DNA of 64,000 nucleotides from sequence record SRR20825019_1335; one strand, 5' to 3'. Shown piece by piece: positions 61,228 to 64,000 of this stretch (position 1 is its first letter; each line of letters starts with the position of its first letter). The notes under the pieces were generated by a model. It saw only the letters and a program-made list of their open reading frames with translations, ran no database searches and was not told where the DNA came from. The position numbers and the translations under genes were made by a program.

Positions 61228-63654
61228 TTAATCGGCTATGATCATTCTTTTAGAATCGATGATAGTTCCATCAGCAACAAGCGCGTAGATGTAAATACCA
61301 GGTGACAATTGCTGAGACGTTATCGTAATTGAAGACGAACCGCGCTCGTAGATCGGAAAAGAGTTAATTTGCTTTCCTGACAAATCGTAAATATACAAGG
61401 ACGATGATCCAACCGTTTTTGGAAGTGTAAAACCAATTACCGTTTCATCAGTAAATGGATTTGGATCGTTCTGTCCCATTTTATAGTCGCTTGAAATCAA
61501 ATTATTTCCATTGTTTCCTTGTGTTGAGCCAGTAGCAATTAGGTTTTTAAGTTCCTCGATTTGTTTTTGTAAGTCTTGGATCTGCAATAAGCTTTCTGCC
61601 TTTTGATCTTCAATGATTTTTTGTTGCTCTTGAACCGCTTTCACGAGTGGTACGACAAATGTGGAATACGAAACCCCATAAGTATCGTGATCGTTCTCTG
61701 GCGTATGAACACCATCAAAATCATAATTAGCTTGTTTTGCAGCTTCTTCTACTTCCTGAGCGATAAATCCACTTTGGCGAACCTGAGTTGATTTACTAAA
61801 ATCTCTGTTCAAATAATGCTCACTGATACTATCAGTCATGCCAGCAGTCACGTGCTCTGTTAATTTTTTTGAATCAAAATTATAGACAACAGGCCGAAGT
61901 AACTTGATGAATTCCAACCCTTTTACATCATCCTCTTCAACTGATGATTTGAATCGTTCGTCTGACACAATGAAAAAAGAAGATCCTCCCCAAACATCAT
62001 CACTAGCAGATCCTACCCAAACTCTGTTACTATTGTTCACGATTGCATTGGCTCCGATGGCAGTTGCGTCATTAAATCCACCTGTAGAAGTAGTTGTAAA
62101 AGCACCTAGATAAGTATTACGGTAGCTTCCAGGAACTCCGATCCCACTTTGGTAACCAATCGCCGAGTTTTCATCTCCAAAAGTATTATCAACTAATGAA
62201 CTTGTTCCTATAGCAGTATTATAGTTCCCTATGTCATTTTGGTACATTGCGTCTGCACCCACTGCCGTATTAGCAGTTGCTGGTGCAACACCACCAAGAA
62301 CTCCATTCGTTCTCAATGCTTGATATCCAACCGCTGTATTCCAAAAATTTCCTTTGTCTGATTCAAGTGCTTGATATCCAATAGCTGTATTGTAAGCTCC
62401 AATATTGTTGTTTTTCAACGCTTCATTTCCAACGGCTACGTTTTCGTGCCCCGAGTTATTATTCGCCAAGGCTTCGGCTCCAATACCGACATTATTGTCT
62501 CCTATACTTTGATACAATGCTTGAAAACCGAGAGCTGAATTTCTTGATCCCCAAGTATTGAATTCCATTGATCCAGAACCTACACTCGTATTCTGGCTCC
62601 CATTGCTTGTCCAAAATTGACTGAGATAACCGATAGCAACATTGTAATTACCTTGATTTGAGTAAAGTGCATTGTGCCCCGATGCCGTATTCCAATTCCC
62701 AGTATTGCCATAAAGGGCATTTACTCCATTAGCGGTATTGTAAGAGCCAGTTGTGTTAGCTCTTAGCGCACCAAAACCTGATGCTGTATTTTCGATTCCA
62801 TTGGTGTTACTATACAATGCTTGTGCGCCACTTGCTGTATTTCGATCTCCCTTATTACTAAAAAGAGAAGAGTGCCCGCTAGCTGTATTGTCATTGCCAG
62901 CAGAATTTGACTTAAGTGCTGATCCTCCATTGGCGGTATTTCTAGACCCGCTGCCATTGTTTAACATGGCTTGATAACCATTTGCTACGTTTTCTGCACC
63001 TGAATTGTTGTAAAGAGCCTGTAAACCATTTGCCACATTGCGACTCCCTGTACTGTAAAACATGGCAAGTGCACCGTTCGCAGAGTTCCCGTCGCCACTC
63101 GCGTTTCTCATGCATGAATTACCGTTAGCTGTATTACTCAATCCAGAAGTACTGCTATAAAGCGCTTGAAAACCATTTGCGACGTTACCGCTGCCCTTAT
63201 TACTATAAAGTGCTTGATAACCGTTTGCCACATTATTATTGGTTGACGTAATAGAGTAGAGCGCTTCGTAACCGTTTGCCACGTTGTTGTTTCCAGAAAT
63301 GTTGTTAAACATCGCTCTAGCGCCGTTTATAGAGTTGAAACTACCCATGTTATTAGACCTGAGTGCTTCTGCTCCGTTAGCAACATTGTAGCTCCCTTCA
63401 TAACTTAAATGCATGGACTGGAAGCCGTTCGCCGTATTGTATTTACCTGTAAAATTTTGCATTAGTGAATTATACCCGTTTGCGGAATTTCCATCACCAT
63501 TATTATTCAAAAGACTCTGAAATCCGAAAGCTGTACTGAATTGGTTCGCATTAATTAGAGGAATCATGTCCAGATCATAAGAGGTGTTCTGTTGCGCATG
63601 CGTTATCGTTGAAACTGATAAGGCGAGCGCGCTTAGTAGAATTATTTTTTTCAT
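61228..63654 (-). CDS. T9SS-secreted beta-helix repeat protein with peptidase S74 (intramolecular chaperone) domain
   Basis: Signal peptide; many ~14-aa N-x-A-x-G-x-x-A-L repeats; SDERFK...LRPVVY...GFIAQEV...LVKAVQE S74 motifs; coiled coil; QNDPNPF...GIYIY CTD. Confidence 0.88.
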   Translation of the reverse strand: MKKIILLSALALSVSTITHAQQNTSYDLDMIPLINANQFSTAFGFQSLLNNNGDGNSANGYNSLMQNFTGKYNTANGFQSMHLSYEGSYNVANGAEALRSNNMGSFNSINGARAMFNNISGNNNVANGYEALYSITSTNNNVANGYQALYSNKGSGNVANGFQALYSSTSGLSNTANGNSCMRNASGDGNSANGALAMFYSTGSRNVANGLQALYNNSGAENVANGYQAMLNNGSGSRNTANGGSALKSNSAGNDNTASGHSSLFSNKGDRNTASGAQALYSNTNGIENTASGFGALRANTTGSYNTANGVNALYGNTGNWNTASGHNALYSNQGNYNVAIGYLSQFWTSNGSQNTSVGSGSMEFNTWGSRNSALGFQALYQSIGDNNVGIGAEALANNNSGHENVAVGNEALKNNNIGAYNTAIGYQALESDKGNFWNTAVGYQALRTNGVLGGVAPATANTAVGADAMYQNDIGNYNTAIGTSSLVDNTFGDENSAIGYQSGIGVPGSYRNTYLGAFTTTSTGGFNDATAIGANAIVNNSNRVWVGSASDDVWGGSSFFIVSDERFKSSVEEDDVKGLEFIKLLRPVVYNFDSKKLTEHVTAGMTDSISEHYLNRDFSKSTQVRQSGFIAQEVEEAAKQANYDFDGVHTPENDHDTYGVSYSTFVVPLVKAVQEQQKIIEDQKAESLLQIQDLQKQIEELKNLIATGSTQGNNGNNLISSDYKMGQNDPNPFTDETVIGFTLPKTVGSSSLYIYDLSGKQINSFPIYERGSSSITITSQQLSPGIYIYALVADGTIIDSKRMIIAD

Positions 63655-63695
63655 AGCTCGTTTTTCTCTTAAAATTCCAAAGAACTGAACCTTTT

Positions 63696-63726
63696 ACGAA
63701 ACCACAGGATAGGTTTTTAGCACATT
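63696..63726 (-). promoter_or_regulatory. 31-bp upstream element, copy 2
   Basis: ACGAAACCACAGGATAGGTTTTTAGCACATT, 41 nt from the start codon (copy 1: 42 nt). Confidence 0.75.
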
Positions 63727-63910
63727 ATCAATACGTTGCGTGTTTTGTGATAAGTGTTTCTGGTTTTAACAAGAATTTTCTGAGCCAAGCTTCAAAGCGG
63801 AATTTCCCACGAGTTGTTCGATTTTCCCCTTTGTTTAATGCGGTTCTGTCTAAAATGACACAAGAATGATTTTTTTACTCTCGAAACCATTACTTTAGTA
63901 CCAAAGCATA

Positions 63911-64000
63911 TTACCTAACTTCATATTTTTCAGCAAAATGTTCAGTAAAATAGGTATTCTCCTCACCACGTTGTATTTCGCCTGTTGTTGCGCCTATTTT
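63911..64000 (-). CDS. possible 3' end of a gene entering from beyond the window
   Basis: Open frame KIGATTGEIQRGEENTYFTEHFAEKYEVR* from the window edge; product not identifiable. Confidence 0.35.
   Translation of the reverse strand, partial: KIGATTGEIQRGEENTYFTEHFAEKYEVR

Noticed and set aside
62100-63520. Periodic DNA repeats as CRISPR or VNTR
   Set aside because: Explained by the ~14-aa beta-helix repeats of the encoded protein.

Overview
Bacteroidota DNA, probably Flavobacteriales/Crocinitomicaceae-like, judged from T9SS C-terminal domains, TAnnTTTG promoters and typical gene families. 1-6.9 kb is the 3' end of an extracellular contractile injection system (eCIS)-type locus: a 5'-truncated DUF4157 protein with an HNH-type C-terminal toxin, a WD40 candidate immunity protein, a muramidase and an AAA ATPase. 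7-43 kb is mostly housekeeping (M1 peptidase, FabH-like, yidC, pyrG, LytS/LytTR, rpe, L,D-transpeptidase, tpx, DEAD-box helicase) with several large secreted proteins. 43-59 kb is an accessory region of mostly leaderless, potentially antagonistic proteins: a fungal-like L-amino-acid oxidase, a TPR kinase/LytTR pair, a tyrosinase-DUF2182 operon with a duplicated C-terminal domain, and a two-gene ClyA/Hbl-Nhe-like pore-forming toxin candidate whose larger subunit carries a tectonin-like beta-propeller. The toxin promoter shares a 21-bp-period direct repeat with the promoter just downstream of the LytTR regulator. 59-64 kb holds two T9SS cargo genes sharing a 31-bp upstream element. No rRNA, tRNA, CRISPR array or transposase was recognised. 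All family calls come from motif recognition by eye, not database searches.
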